A DNA stretch of 64,000 nt from Candidatus Latescibacterota bacterium (GTDB taxonomy: Bacteria > Latescibacterota > UBA2968 > GCA-2709665), in the NCBI GenBank assembly GCA_965248435.1, contig OZ252100.1, forward strand, positions 2,272,001 through 2,336,000. Direction: 5' to 3'. The notes beneath the pieces were generated by a model. It was not told the origin of the DNA. It searched no databases and saw only the letters and a program-made list of their open reading frames with translations. This document shows positions 50,101-58,881 of this stretch, piece after piece. Every line of letters begins with the position of its first letter. The stretch's first letter is position 1. Both the position numbers and the translations under genes were made by a program.

Positions 50101-50692
50101 ATTGGCTGGCCGCCAGAATACCCAATTCGAAGGGCATGCTCGTATGAGCCGCTTTCAACGTAATGATGTGCGCAAGTTCGTGCGTGAACACGTTCCGCAC
50201 CCAGTCGCTCGAACCCCGCTGCTCGATGTCGAACGGGGAGGCATAGAACATGATGAAGCTGTTGCTGGGCATAGCGAAGGCATTGCCCAGGACGTCCGAT
50301 CCGTCGTTCACGAAGACGTGAATCGGGGCGAACCGCTCCACGGATCCTGGATAATGTTGTGTGATCTGTTCGAACGCGTCGTCGGCAATCTCGGCCACTC
50401 TACGTGCCGTGGTCTCGGCGCCCCCGAAATTGATCAAGAAGTACTTTGTCCGAATCTGCCTGGCCCCGGGGGACCCCAGGCCAAGAAACGAGGGGAAAAA
50501 TTCATACACGATATCATCGTCGAGGTCCAGTTTTGAATTCGGTCGGTTCAACGGCACATCTGACAGATCCAGGATCGGACCGACCTTGCCGGCACGACCG
50601 TGGAGCTGGGCGCAGGCAGTGTCCCTTAAGCCAAACAGGCACAGGAGACCGAACAAGAAGATGGCGGTGGTCAACGGTTGGGAGCGATTCAC
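47168..50692 (-). CDS. Large outer-membrane protein: zinc metallopeptidase-like domain + TolB-like PD40 propeller + Omp85/BamA-like barrel
   Basis: Signal peptide; THELAH...W.VEG.A; repeated SPDG motifs; LGG..TLRGY lid-lock-like motif; C-terminal YFGISI. Confidence 0.78.
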   Translation of the reverse strand: MNRSQPLTTAIFLFGLLCLFGLRDTACAQLHGRAGKVGPILDLSDVPLNRPNSKLDLDDDIVYEFFPSFLGLGSPGARQIRTKYFLINFGGAETTARRVAEIADDAFEQITQHYPGSVERFAPIHVFVNDGSDVLGNAFAMPSNSFIMFYASPFDIEQRGSSDWVRNVFTHELAHIITLKAAHTSMPFELGILAASQSNSNPDYRFVLPIYHTAVPIWYVEGVAQFESKKFGGDSWDTHRDMLLRMATLENDLHTYTGMNSFSGKDGFHSEMVYNQGYALLNYMEQSYGDERVRALLDHRPIVNFKSSVKKAFGISADRVYDDWVAHLEEKYGAVADSVGRVGEREGELIFDKGSYEFYPTYSPDGSKVAFITNDGEDYRLNKLVIMDLSTRRTDTVAEWNDKPFGLLSTRFSWAPDGKGLFFVRSVGGRWDLFSYDLERKKEKRVTIGLRGKDPSISPGGTEVAFVGNRGGTNSLGILRIDSTRVRHLTQNNNGTQYFGPKWSPDGKRILFTVFRGEDRDIAIIDPDATPRPKHRKRNKDKEAEDDSLAVFPDSVAYASDAGFEALVSSSADERDPVWLPDGSGFVFSSDRTGIFNLYSYDLVTGRQEQITNVIGGAFVPTVSPDGEEIIYAGFHAANYSLYRIQRSAAVPVEVAEALPRDYRGIYTGEKLSDLYSIGRYGGRITTKGVGIIPILVLGPTFIGNRFGLDQISVGAQAAWGEFFGSDVIVAGFSVGKNLRRRTDLNSDLYFYYEKGLRALETEHKSYRPTFFTSFNKTTINSLLERGTVLSQQDTSSGTLITVIDSQQVIIPNTTQQLNLTLQQEDEFKDVFNDFTLGFEMGVGRGQMLSLAYNHRRYSENLLVKQTLLDSTRLFQRNAQGVNQDITDQVPGFVQDPRDFEDSFYHDLTYFRSNNLIVGWRYASFKPTKDMFLNPRQGRSVTFRYSRINATVTDSLALSTDLDQNQIPDPTATDPTPSIFRSDNKKLGINEYIFSWNEFIPFPGRATLGLQGFVGYKDKEIKDPVQNGGTLEGSFYFPLRYYLGGLGTLRGYPYFSLSGGKVVYGRATFTFPIFQRIDKELAPFAFDKLYGSIFVETGATGNSARFRDVVKDIDKDKFLTDWGFELRFQMTANYVFPVFGYFQFAKPTSDFIRDRVTGARIPVDSRRYYFGISI

Positions 50693-50864
50693 AGGCTTAC
50701 CTCTCTAAAGAGTGGTTCTCAGGTAGTGGTTTAAATCTCAAAGAATATACGTGATAGGTCAAGAAAGACAACCCGTCGGTCAACGATCAACGATTCCTGG
50801 CTTTTGCGGTACCCGACCGGTTTGCGATCGACGATCCACGAACAACGATCCACGACGATGAGAC

Positions 50865-51854
50865 CTAAGGCGCGCCTTGTCCTGTCCGTAGAATGCAGGC
50901 CACGCTATGGTCCGATTCGACTTCGAGGAGGTCGGGGACCACCCGGCTGCAGGCCTCCTCCTTTTCCGGACACCTCGGATGAAACGGACACCCAGAGGGG
51001 ACGTTGGCAGGGCTCGGAACATCCCCGCTCAGCACGGTCCGCGATCGCTTCCTGCGGGGATCCGGAACCGGAACCGCCGACAGCAGGGCCATGGTATACG
51101 GATGCTGCGGATTCGTGTAGAGCTGCTTGCTGTCGGCAATCTCCACAATCCGCCCCAGGTACATCACCGCGACGCGATCTGAGATGTGGCGGACAACGCT
51201 CAGGTCGTGTGCAACGAAGAGATAGGTCAGGCCCAATCGGGCCTGCAGGTCCTGCAGCAGGTTGATGATCTGGGCCTGAATCGACACGTCGAGGGCGGAG
51301 ACAGGCTCGTCTGCGACAATAAACCGGGGGTTCACGGCCAGGGCCCGCGCAATTCCGATGCGCTGACGCTGTCCCCCGCTGAATTCGTGTGGATATCGCC
51401 GGGCGTAGTCGGGCCGAAGGCCCACGGTGTCCAAAAGCTCGGCGATCCTCGAGCGCAGAGCCCGTCCCCTGGCCAGCTTGTGGATCTTCAGCGCCTCCGA
51501 TAACATTCCGCCGACGGTCATCCGCGGATTCAGCGAACTGTAGGGGTCCTGAAAGATGATCTGCATCTGTCTTCGGATCGCCCGAAGGCCCTTTCGGCTC
51601 AGTGCCCGGACGTCTGTCCCGTCAAACTTGATTCGTCCCTCGGTCGGTTCGATCAGCCTCAGGATGGACCGACCGGCCGTCGTCTTCCCGCAGCCCGACT
51701 CGCCCACCAGCCCAAGGGTCTCGCCCTCACGGATCGAAAGGGATACCCCATCCACGGCCCGAACGTGGCCTGAAACCCTCGAAAAGACCCCACTCGTGAT
51801 CGGAAAGTGTTTCTTCAGATTCCTCACTTCGACGAGCGAGTCCCCGGTCGTCAA
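50865..51854 (-). CDS. oppF: Oligopeptide ABC transporter ATP-binding subunit
   Basis: Motifs [30 protein letters not shown] and GCPFHPRC; TTG start coupled to the oppD stop. Confidence 0.9.
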   Translation of the reverse strand: MTTGDSLVEVRNLKKHFPITSGVFSRVSGHVRAVDGVSLSIREGETLGLVGESGCGKTTAGRSILRLIEPTEGRIKFDGTDVRALSRKGLRAIRRQMQIIFQDPYSSLNPRMTVGGMLSEALKIHKLARGRALRSRIAELLDTVGLRPDYARRYPHEFSGGQRQRIGIARALAVNPRFIVADEPVSALDVSIQAQIINLLQDLQARLGLTYLFVAHDLSVVRHISDRVAVMYLGRIVEIADSKQLYTNPQHPYTMALLSAVPVPDPRRKRSRTVLSGDVPSPANVPSGCPFHPRCPEKEEACSRVVPDLLEVESDHSVACILRTGQGAP

Positions 51855-52864
51855 ATCGAACCCTCTTGAGCGTGATGGGGTGCGGGATACCCCTCGGACA
51901 TCCAGCACGCCACGGGGTGCCCACCTTCCACATCCAGCAGGGCCGGCTCAGATTCCGTGCAGATGGCTTCTGCTGACGGGCACCTCGGAGAAAAGCGACA
52001 TCCCTCAGGAAAGGCGATCGCATCGGGCACTGTGCCCGGGATCACCAGGAGCCGATCCTGTTCTTCGGTGAGCTTGGGAATCGACTTGAGCAGCCCCTGC
52101 GTGTAAGGATGCCGGGGCTCCACAAAGATCTCTTCCACGCCACCCGTTTCCACGATCTTTCCGGCATACATCACCGCCACGCGGTCCGCGACCTCCGCAA
52201 TCACCCCGAGGTCGTGGGTGATCATCAAGACAGCCATTCCGAATTCTTCTTTGAGCGCGTCCAGCAGCTCAAGGATCTGGGCCTGGATCGTCACGTCCAG
52301 GGCTGTCGTTGGCTCATCGGCGATCAGCACATCGGGATTGCACGACAACGCCATCGCGATCATCACGCGCTGTCGCATCCCGCCTGAGAGTTGATGCGGA
52401 TACTCTTCGGCACGTTGCGCGGGGTCAGGAATCCCGACCCGGTGAAGCATCTCCACCGTCTTTTCACGAGCCGCCTGTCGCTCGAGCCCCTGGTGGAGCA
52501 TCACCGCCTCATCGATCTGGAATCCGCAGGTAAAGACTGGATTGAGGCTCGTCATCGGCTCTTGAAAAATCATCGCGATGTCGTTTCCGCGCACCTCCCG
52601 CATCTCCCCCTCGCTCAGCTTCAGCAGGTCTCTTCCCTTAAAATGGATCGTCCCCTCCGCGATTTGCCCCGGCGGCTCGGGGATCAGCCGCATCATGCTC
52701 AGTGAGGTTACGCTTTTCCCACAGCCCGATTCTCCCACCAGACCCAGGGTCTCCCCCTTGTCCAGGGTGAAGGAAACGCCGTCGACCGCGCGTGCGACCC
52801 CGTCGTCGGTGTAGAAATAAGTCTTAAGGTTTTCGACATTTAAGAGCGGTTCAGACATGGTCAT
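51851..52864 (-). CDS. oppD: Oligopeptide ABC transporter ATP-binding subunit
   Basis: Motifs [26 protein letters not shown] and GCRFSPRC. Confidence 0.9.
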   Translation of the reverse strand: MTMSEPLLNVENLKTYFYTDDGVARAVDGVSFTLDKGETLGLVGESGCGKSVTSLSMMRLIPEPPGQIAEGTIHFKGRDLLKLSEGEMREVRGNDIAMIFQEPMTSLNPVFTCGFQIDEAVMLHQGLERQAAREKTVEMLHRVGIPDPAQRAEEYPHQLSGGMRQRVMIAMALSCNPDVLIADEPTTALDVTIQAQILELLDALKEEFGMAVLMITHDLGVIAEVADRVAVMYAGKIVETGGVEEIFVEPRHPYTQGLLKSIPKLTEEQDRLLVIPGTVPDAIAFPEGCRFSPRCPSAEAICTESEPALLDVEGGHPVACWMSEGYPAPHHAQEGSI

Positions 52865-52945
52865 ACTCGGATCTGCAGGAAGGACAATATGAGTTAAACT
52901 CCCGGCCCTGGGCCGTGTTCCCGATTCGTGTCTCGTAACCAGCAG

Positions 52946-53049
52946 GTTTCGAGTTTCTAGTCTCTAGTTTCTGGTTCACATCACATCAGTTGTGAATCCG
53001 CCGACAGATTTGCCATTGACTCGAAACCCGAAACTCAAAACTCGAAACT
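52946..53049. repeat. Inverted heptamer tandem arrays
   Basis: GTTTCGA-like x4 at 52946-52973 faces TCGAAAC-like x4 at 53021-53048. Confidence 0.7.
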
Positions 53050-53053
53050 GCTC

Positions 53054-53788
53054 CTAAAACAAGGGAATCTCCAATTTCAACCAGCCTTCCAGGAGAAAGA
53101 TCACCCTTCCGATAAGCAGGGAGAGTCGCGCCATAATCGTATACCCGAAGGAAGCGCCGAAGGAGACCATCAGGAACCAGATCCCGACTCGGGATGTGAC
53201 ACCGACCGCACCGGTATGTTCTACGGAGAAGAAGAAATAGATCAGGACACTCACCACACCGATCAGGATGATGAGCAGGTTCAGCCCTTCTACGCTCAGG
53301 CTGAGCGGGCTGAGTGTAGGCTGAATCTGGGCAAGAATTTTTGCGGAGATGGTCCTGGGGATGCTGAAACCGGCACCCAGCCCGACAACAAAGGCGAAGG
53401 CGATGCGACTCAGCCATCCAAACCGGATTGAAAATCGTGTCAGCATCAAAAGGCCCAGAATCGTCGGAACGGCCAACAACCAGGCCGATCCGTCGGCCGC
53501 ATCCTCACCCAGGCCGAACACCGTCTTGATGATCTCGCCGAAAAGTGTCGGATACCAGACCTGGCCGAACGTGTAACCCGCCGCGACACCAACGTAAAGA
53601 TGCTCAGCAAACTTGAAGAGGGGATTGTCCCTGTAGAGGAAGCTGTAAAGGGCAAGCGTCACGCCGGCGGCGACGATAACACCGAATCCGTTCCAATCGG
53701 CTTCTACCGTTCCGTTGATCAGCAGAACCCCGTTGACGAGGACCAGAAATCCGATGAATCCGGCAATGAGGCTGGCGTCTCGACTCAT
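53054..53788 (-). CDS. Hypothetical polytopic membrane protein (GlmL/DUF6754-associated)
   Basis: About 7 TM; YSFLYRDNPLFKFAEHLYVG and MVSFGASFG.TIMAR. Confidence 0.8.
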   Translation of the reverse strand: MSRDASLIAGFIGFLVLVNGVLLINGTVEADWNGFGVIVAAGVTLALYSFLYRDNPLFKFAEHLYVGVAAGYTFGQVWYPTLFGEIIKTVFGLGEDAADGSAWLLAVPTILGLLMLTRFSIRFGWLSRIAFAFVVGLGAGFSIPRTISAKILAQIQPTLSPLSLSVEGLNLLIILIGVVSVLIYFFFSVEHTGAVGVTSRVGIWFLMVSFGASFGYTIMARLSLLIGRVIFLLEGWLKLEIPLF

Positions 53789-54627
53789 CCTCCACCCCCG
53801 CCGGCCGGCCCATCAGAACGCCGGCTCAAGAAGTACATCACGTTGCCCAAGACGATGAACGCGACGATAACGACGTGCGTCACAGACTGAGGCCGCATGC
53901 CGGTCGTAGCCGTTCCCGCGTGCTTCACGAGGCTCTCATACTCTGCCGCGCCCGCCAGTCCGCCGATGAGGCCGACGAGCTGCTTCGACTGAAGGTAGGG
54001 AAAGAGATCGGGCGCCATCACCGCTGTACATCCTGCTCCAAACGGGAACTTGTATTTCTCCTGTCCGTAGGGGATCCACCACTCGTCAACCGAACTTCCT
54101 GCAGCCAGGTCGACAACGAAGCTGAAGTCCCTGAGCGTTCGGATGTCGCGGGTAACTTTCAGACTGTCTGCCCGTGCACCGCCGACATCTCGCGGAAAGG
54201 CGCTCTGGAAATCCTGGCCCATGTTGATCACGACGATGGCGGCTCCCGGCTTGTAGCCCATAAAGGCGTAGTCCACCCCGTAGACCTTGTTGAACTCCTC
54301 GGCCGTCGTGTCCAGGGCCTGCTTGGCCAGTCCGGGCGCATCCGGCCACAGGCAGACCACCACGACCTTGATGTCCCGGCTGAAGAGGTGTCGCAGCAGG
54401 GCCAGGGCCATCGGCTGGAGTTCGGGCTCCGATCCCGGACCGTAGTTGAAAGCCAGAAGCACGGGACCCCCCTCCTCCGCCACCCGTTCAACCTCCCTGT
54501 AGATCGACCGAACCGTGGAGGTGGCCTTGATCGGGAAGGAGAACTCTACGAGCAGTGAGATCAGGACGCCGAGGAAGACAAACACGAAAATGATCCTGCG
54601 ATCCAGATTCATCAACCGTTCTGTCAT
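53785..54627 (-). CDS. Hypothetical membrane-anchored protein with a soluble central domain
   Basis: N- and C-terminal TM; G..GGLAGAAEYE; ATGA-coupled on both sides. Confidence 0.8.
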   Translation of the reverse strand: MTERLMNLDRRIIFVFVFLGVLISLLVEFSFPIKATSTVRSIYREVERVAEEGGPVLLAFNYGPGSEPELQPMALALLRHLFSRDIKVVVVCLWPDAPGLAKQALDTTAEEFNKVYGVDYAFMGYKPGAAIVVINMGQDFQSAFPRDVGGARADSLKVTRDIRTLRDFSFVVDLAAGSSVDEWWIPYGQEKYKFPFGAGCTAVMAPDLFPYLQSKQLVGLIGGLAGAAEYESLVKHAGTATTGMRPQSVTHVVIVAFIVLGNVMYFLSRRSDGPAGGGGG

Positions 54628-55280
54628 TCCTCGCCTCCCCCGAGATACGCCCGCTCGATCCCGAAGATGATCCGCAGGGAGGTCGCAATCGCCCCCAGGC
54701 TGACCCCCAGCAGGATGCCCCGCTTGGCCGCGAGATTCGGGACTGCCATCAACCACTGCGAGGCCTGCGGAATCAGGTCAGAGATGTAGGCCCCGATCGG
54801 CACCCGACCCAGCATGACCACCACGGCAGCGACGAGGAGGATCGCTGCCTCGGGCGTTCTCGCACGAAACGTCCGGTAGGCTGCCGAAGCGATAAAGAAC
54901 GCCAGGATCGAGAACATCGTGGCGCCTGCCGGCACGTGCACGTAGAGGAAGAGCCATTGGTAGCCGCCCGCCCTCGCTTGAGGCGCAAAGGGCCCGGTCC
55001 CGTCATTGTAAAGGACAAACAACAACATCAGGGCGAAACCGACGTGGACGAAAATGCTATATCCCCATCCGGCCTGCCGCCTCCGAATGCGATCCCAATG
55101 GAGTTTCAGCAGGCTGAAGAGACCCAGGAAGAAAGCAAACGCGAAGATGATCCGAAGCCAGAGGGATAGGGTCTTTTCGAGGTTCTGGGCAATCCCGTGA
55201 GGGATGTAATAGATGGCGATCCCTATAACTCCGAAGCAAAAAGCAATGGCCAGAGGGAGCGTACGTCTCAAAAAGAGCAT
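54624..55280 (-). CDS. Hypothetical polytopic membrane protein
   Basis: About 6 TM; ATMFSILAFFIASAAYRTFRAR. Confidence 0.8.
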   Translation of the reverse strand: MLFLRRTLPLAIAFCFGVIGIAIYYIPHGIAQNLEKTLSLWLRIIFAFAFFLGLFSLLKLHWDRIRRRQAGWGYSIFVHVGFALMLLFVLYNDGTGPFAPQARAGGYQWLFLYVHVPAGATMFSILAFFIASAAYRTFRARTPEAAILLVAAVVVMLGRVPIGAYISDLIPQASQWLMAVPNLAAKRGILLGVSLGAIATSLRIIFGIERAYLGGGEE

Positions 55281-55292
55281 GCGATCGATCCC

Positions 55293-56510
55293 CTAAAACG
55301 GAGTGAGCACGTGGGTCAAGAAAGGCAAATCGAACGTTGCCAACACAGTACCCGCGATCAGGACGAAGAGCAGGATCGCCTTGCCAACATCCTGGCCCTT
55401 CAGACTCCCCAGCAGCCTGGGTTCGCGGGCCAGGTAGGCGCTGGCAGCGTAGAGTTCCTCGCCCATCAGGGTGTAGTCACACGTCGTCACGAAGAACGGA
55501 AGCTGCGTGTAGGAGTCTGTCCCGGCGATCTGGATGGCTCCTATAGAGGCCCCGGTCTCGGCAAGAAGAAGCGATTCGGCGTAGAAATAGCCCATCATGA
55601 TGTTCGCTGCAGGCTGCTCGCGAACCATCATCCCATCCACGGCCGCCGCGTAGCTGAACTGCTCCGTCCCCGCCAGGAAAACGTTGTCTGAGTTGTAAGC
55701 ATCCGGGCGCCCCGCACTCAGATAGGCCTCCTTGACCACCTCCTGGCTCACCGCCAGAACCACGGGATCATAATTTGCCACACGCAAAGCCGTGTCGTAC
55801 TCCGCGGTCCTCAGGGCGACGCGCCCCAGGATATTCACCGCTGCGATCGTCGAGATGCTGTCCATGCCCGTCAGGCCGTGCGCGAACAGCACCGGCTTGC
55901 CCATCTCGGTCGCTCGGCCAAGGGCTTCGTCCAGCGCCTCGAGACCGGCGATACGCCGGATGCTCAGTTCCCTGCGTCTGGCCAGGCTGATGTAGGCCAG
56001 AATGATTACCGAGAAGACGGTGCCCAGGATAAAGTTGTTCAGCTTCGCCCAATTGAAGAGGTTCCCATACGCCTCCGCCTGGACGACGGCGCTCTGCGCA
56101 CCCTCTCCACGGATACCGATCCGAAAAGTGTAGGGCTTGTTATTTTCGAGATCCGTTTTCGAAGGCGGGTCGACCGGGACGGTATATTTCCCAACGTGGA
56201 CGAAGTGGTAGTCCCTGTTCTCTTCGCTGTAGCCGAACAGGCCTGGCGCTTCTGACATCAGGCTGCCTGCAGCGTCCACCTCCGCAGCGAGATAGAACGG
56301 CCCGTCGGGCACCTCGGCGATCATGATCTCGTAGACCCTGCCGGCTGGTGCAGCCGCATCGCGTCGCCAGGTGAGCGTGATGTGCTTCCCCGCATCGTTC
56401 GGCGTATCGAAGGCCTTCACCTCGGTCGGGGGCGACACCTGGGCGTTCGCTTCACCCACAAACGAAAACAGCGCCAGCAAGATCGCCACACACTTTGCTC
56501 GATCAATCAC
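55293..56510 (-). CDS. DUF6754 domain protein with an N-terminal fibronectin-III-like domain
   Basis: Signal peptide and FN3-like region; IRRIAGL.A..EA.GRATEMG.P and LMGEELYAA.AYL; family name recalled from memory. Confidence 0.75.
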   Translation of the reverse strand: MIDRAKCVAILLALFSFVGEANAQVSPPTEVKAFDTPNDAGKHITLTWRRDAAAPAGRVYEIMIAEVPDGPFYLAAEVDAAGSLMSEAPGLFGYSEENRDYHFVHVGKYTVPVDPPSKTDLENNKPYTFRIGIRGEGAQSAVVQAEAYGNLFNWAKLNNFILGTVFSVIILAYISLARRRELSIRRIAGLEALDEALGRATEMGKPVLFAHGLTGMDSISTIAAVNILGRVALRTAEYDTALRVANYDPVVLAVSQEVVKEAYLSAGRPDAYNSDNVFLAGTEQFSYAAAVDGMMVREQPAANIMMGYFYAESLLLAETGASIGAIQIAGTDSYTQLPFFVTTCDYTLMGEELYAASAYLAREPRLLGSLKGQDVGKAILLFVLIAGTVLATFDLPFLTHVLTPF

Positions 56511-56670
56511 GCCGATCCTCTTCCTCGTTTATTGTCTTTGTTCTTCTCTCATGAACTACGATCTCTCGCGGTGCTCGTATTTGATCTCCCGGTAACCAGC
56601 TTTTCACTGGTTTGGGCGAACACAAGGTTCGGACGATACCCGGACTTTACGGTTCCCGGTACCCGACTTC

Positions 56671-57798
56671 TTACTCAGCGATCAGTTCCACATTCGCCCG
56701 GGGAATCACCGCAACGCCGCCGTCATCGAACTCGACCTCGAGCACGCGCACCTTCGCCCCCGAATCCACCTCTTGAAGCTCCGCAGGCAGCGCCGTCACC
56801 TTCCCGATCCTGCCGAAGTAGGGCGCCCGAATCGCTCGCAGAACGGCCCCAACAGAAAGCCCCTTCCCTGACTCGGAACGAGCTGTTGCAGTCATCTCCT
56901 TTACATCTATATCAGGGATAATGATCTCTGGCCGCATCACGCCGGCCCGGATCTGTGTGGCTCCCGAAATCGAGGCCTCTCTTCCCGTGCGATCCTTCAG
57001 GAGTTCAAACGTCCGCTTCGCCATCGCGATTTCGCCGAACCCTTCGGTCACGATCGCCGCGAGCCCGATCTCCTCTGCACCCGTGATGGCCACCCCGAGG
57101 TCTGCACCGAGTAGGGAACGCAGGTCCTGATCCCGAATGCCGCCGCCGATCACCCCGACGGCACCCACTTCCTGCGCACGGCGGATGCCGTCGAGCGTGA
57201 GCAGACCCCCCGCCACGACAATCCTTCCCTCGCATTCGGTATCGATCTGGGCTGCATCGAGAGCCTGATCAGAGGCGTCAGCCAGGACGTGGAGGGGACC
57301 CCAGTATTCTCCACCCACCCCGAAGATCCCCTGAATAAAGGCGCCCGATGTCCCGATGACAACACCTTCGTCTGGTATCACTTCGACGACGTTGCCATCC
57401 ACATAGGCGTGGACCTGAACCGGGCGGGGAGGCTCGCGCAGGAGCACCTGACCTGTGATGGCTGAGACGCTCTCCACCTTTCCCGTGATCGGAGACGACA
57501 CCGTCGTCTTGAACCACTTGATGAAGGGACAGGTCTCGGCGAGCGGCTCACCTTTCTCTACCGGATCCCCTTCTCCCTTCAGCATGTAAGAAGGCAGTTC
57601 GGACGGTGTCGCGCCGAGCCGGTTGACTAGGTTGAGCGTCGTCACATTTCCTGGAAGCTCGGTCTTTGCCACCACTTGATCTCTGCGAACCCGCTCGCCT
57701 TCGGAAACCAGGATTTCCCCCTTTAAGGGGAGCTGCCTGCGCCTTCGCAGAGCGGCCTGTGGTGTGACCCGGAGACCGGGCGTGTAGGTGTGTGCCAC
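56671..57798 (-). CDS. Hypothetical soluble protein with barrel-sandwich-hybrid-like repeats and a C-terminal KOW-like domain
   Basis: GEILVSEGERV, K.EGD.VEKGE.LA, IQGIFGVG, TEGFG and R.IRAPYFG.IG.V. Confidence 0.8.
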   Translation of the reverse strand: MAHTYTPGLRVTPQAALRRRRQLPLKGEILVSEGERVRRDQVVAKTELPGNVTTLNLVNRLGATPSELPSYMLKGEGDPVEKGEPLAETCPFIKWFKTTVSSPITGKVESVSAITGQVLLREPPRPVQVHAYVDGNVVEVIPDEGVVIGTSGAFIQGIFGVGGEYWGPLHVLADASDQALDAAQIDTECEGRIVVAGGLLTLDGIRRAQEVGAVGVIGGGIRDQDLRSLLGADLGVAITGAEEIGLAAIVTEGFGEIAMAKRTFELLKDRTGREASISGATQIRAGVMRPEIIIPDIDVKEMTATARSESGKGLSVGAVLRAIRAPYFGRIGKVTALPAELQEVDSGAKVRVLEVEFDDGGVAVIPRANVELIAE

Positions 57799-57801
57799 GA
57801 C

Positions 57802-58878
57802 TTACTCAAACCTCATTTTTGGATCAAGCGCGTCCCGAAGCCCATCTCCAAGCAGGTTGTACATCGTAACGGTCAGAAAAATGGCAAACCCGGGGACCAC
57901 CACGAGCCACCACGCGGAGGCATTGCTCCTTGCACCCGCAAGCAGAGATCCCCACGTGATGGCCTCAGCCGGGACGCCGATCCCCAGAAAGCTCAGGCCC
58001 GACTCCGCCAGAATGGCCCCGGCGACTCCGAAGGCAGCGGGGATCAATACGGGGGCGATCGCATTTGGGAGAATGTGCACGAACATGATTCGGGTGCTCG
58101 AATACCCCAGACCCCCTGCCGCCGTCACAAAATCGAATCCTCGAACCTGCAGGAACTGCGCTCGCGTCAATCGGGCGATCCCCACCCACCCCGTAAACCC
58201 GATGATGATCATAATAAAAAAGAGGCTCGGAGGGAAGAATGCCGCAGCGGTAATGATCAGGAAGAACGTGGGAATCGCCTGCCAGAGCTCAAATAACCTG
58301 GATAGCAGAAGGTCCACCCACCCCCCGAAGTAGCCGGCCAGCGCGCCGAGTAGAACGCCGATAAACATCGAGATCCCGACCGATACGAGGCCGATCGTCA
58401 AGGCATAACGGGCTCCGTGAATCAATCCTGAGAGGACGTCCCGCCCCAGCCGGTCGGTCCCCATGAAGTGTTCACGGTTTGGAGACTGGTACTTTTCGTT
58501 CAAATGGATCTCGTTCGGCGCGTAGGGGACGGGCGGAAAGATCGCCCGCGACGTCTTCAGACGTTTGAAGTTTCGCCGTTTCCTCAGTTCTGCAGGCCAG
58601 TCCACCAGACCGAGATGCACGCCGTACTGACGGAACGCAGGGAAGTAGACATTTCCCTTGTATTCCATGTAGTAAGGTTTGTTGCCGGCAAGAAGATCTG
58701 CGCCTCCGGCGACCAGGGTAAGCCCGCAAATTGCAATCAGGCCAATCACTCCCAGTCTGTTCTTCCGGAACTGCTTCCACACCAACTTGGAATACGACTG
58801 TGTTTCACGGCCTTCTTCGTACCCGCCCGTGGCGTCAGAAGCCTCCTCGTGATGCTCGTGCTCAATCAATTCAGACAC
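57802..58878 (-). CDS. oppC: Oligopeptide ABC transporter permease
   Basis: Motifs H.MGTD.LGRD, HILPN, ESGLSFLG and GDGLRDALDP. Confidence 0.9.
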   Translation of the reverse strand: MSELIEHEHHEEASDATGGYEEGRETQSYSKLVWKQFRKNRLGVIGLIAICGLTLVAGGADLLAGNKPYYMEYKGNVYFPAFRQYGVHLGLVDWPAELRKRRNFKRLKTSRAIFPPVPYAPNEIHLNEKYQSPNREHFMGTDRLGRDVLSGLIHGARYALTIGLVSVGISMFIGVLLGALAGYFGGWVDLLLSRLFELWQAIPTFFLIITAAAFFPPSLFFIMIIIGFTGWVGIARLTRAQFLQVRGFDFVTAAGGLGYSSTRIMFVHILPNAIAPVLIPAAFGVAGAILAESGLSFLGIGVPAEAITWGSLLAGARSNASAWWLVVVPGFAIFLTVTMYNLLGDGLRDALDPKMRFE

Positions 58879-58881
58879 CGG

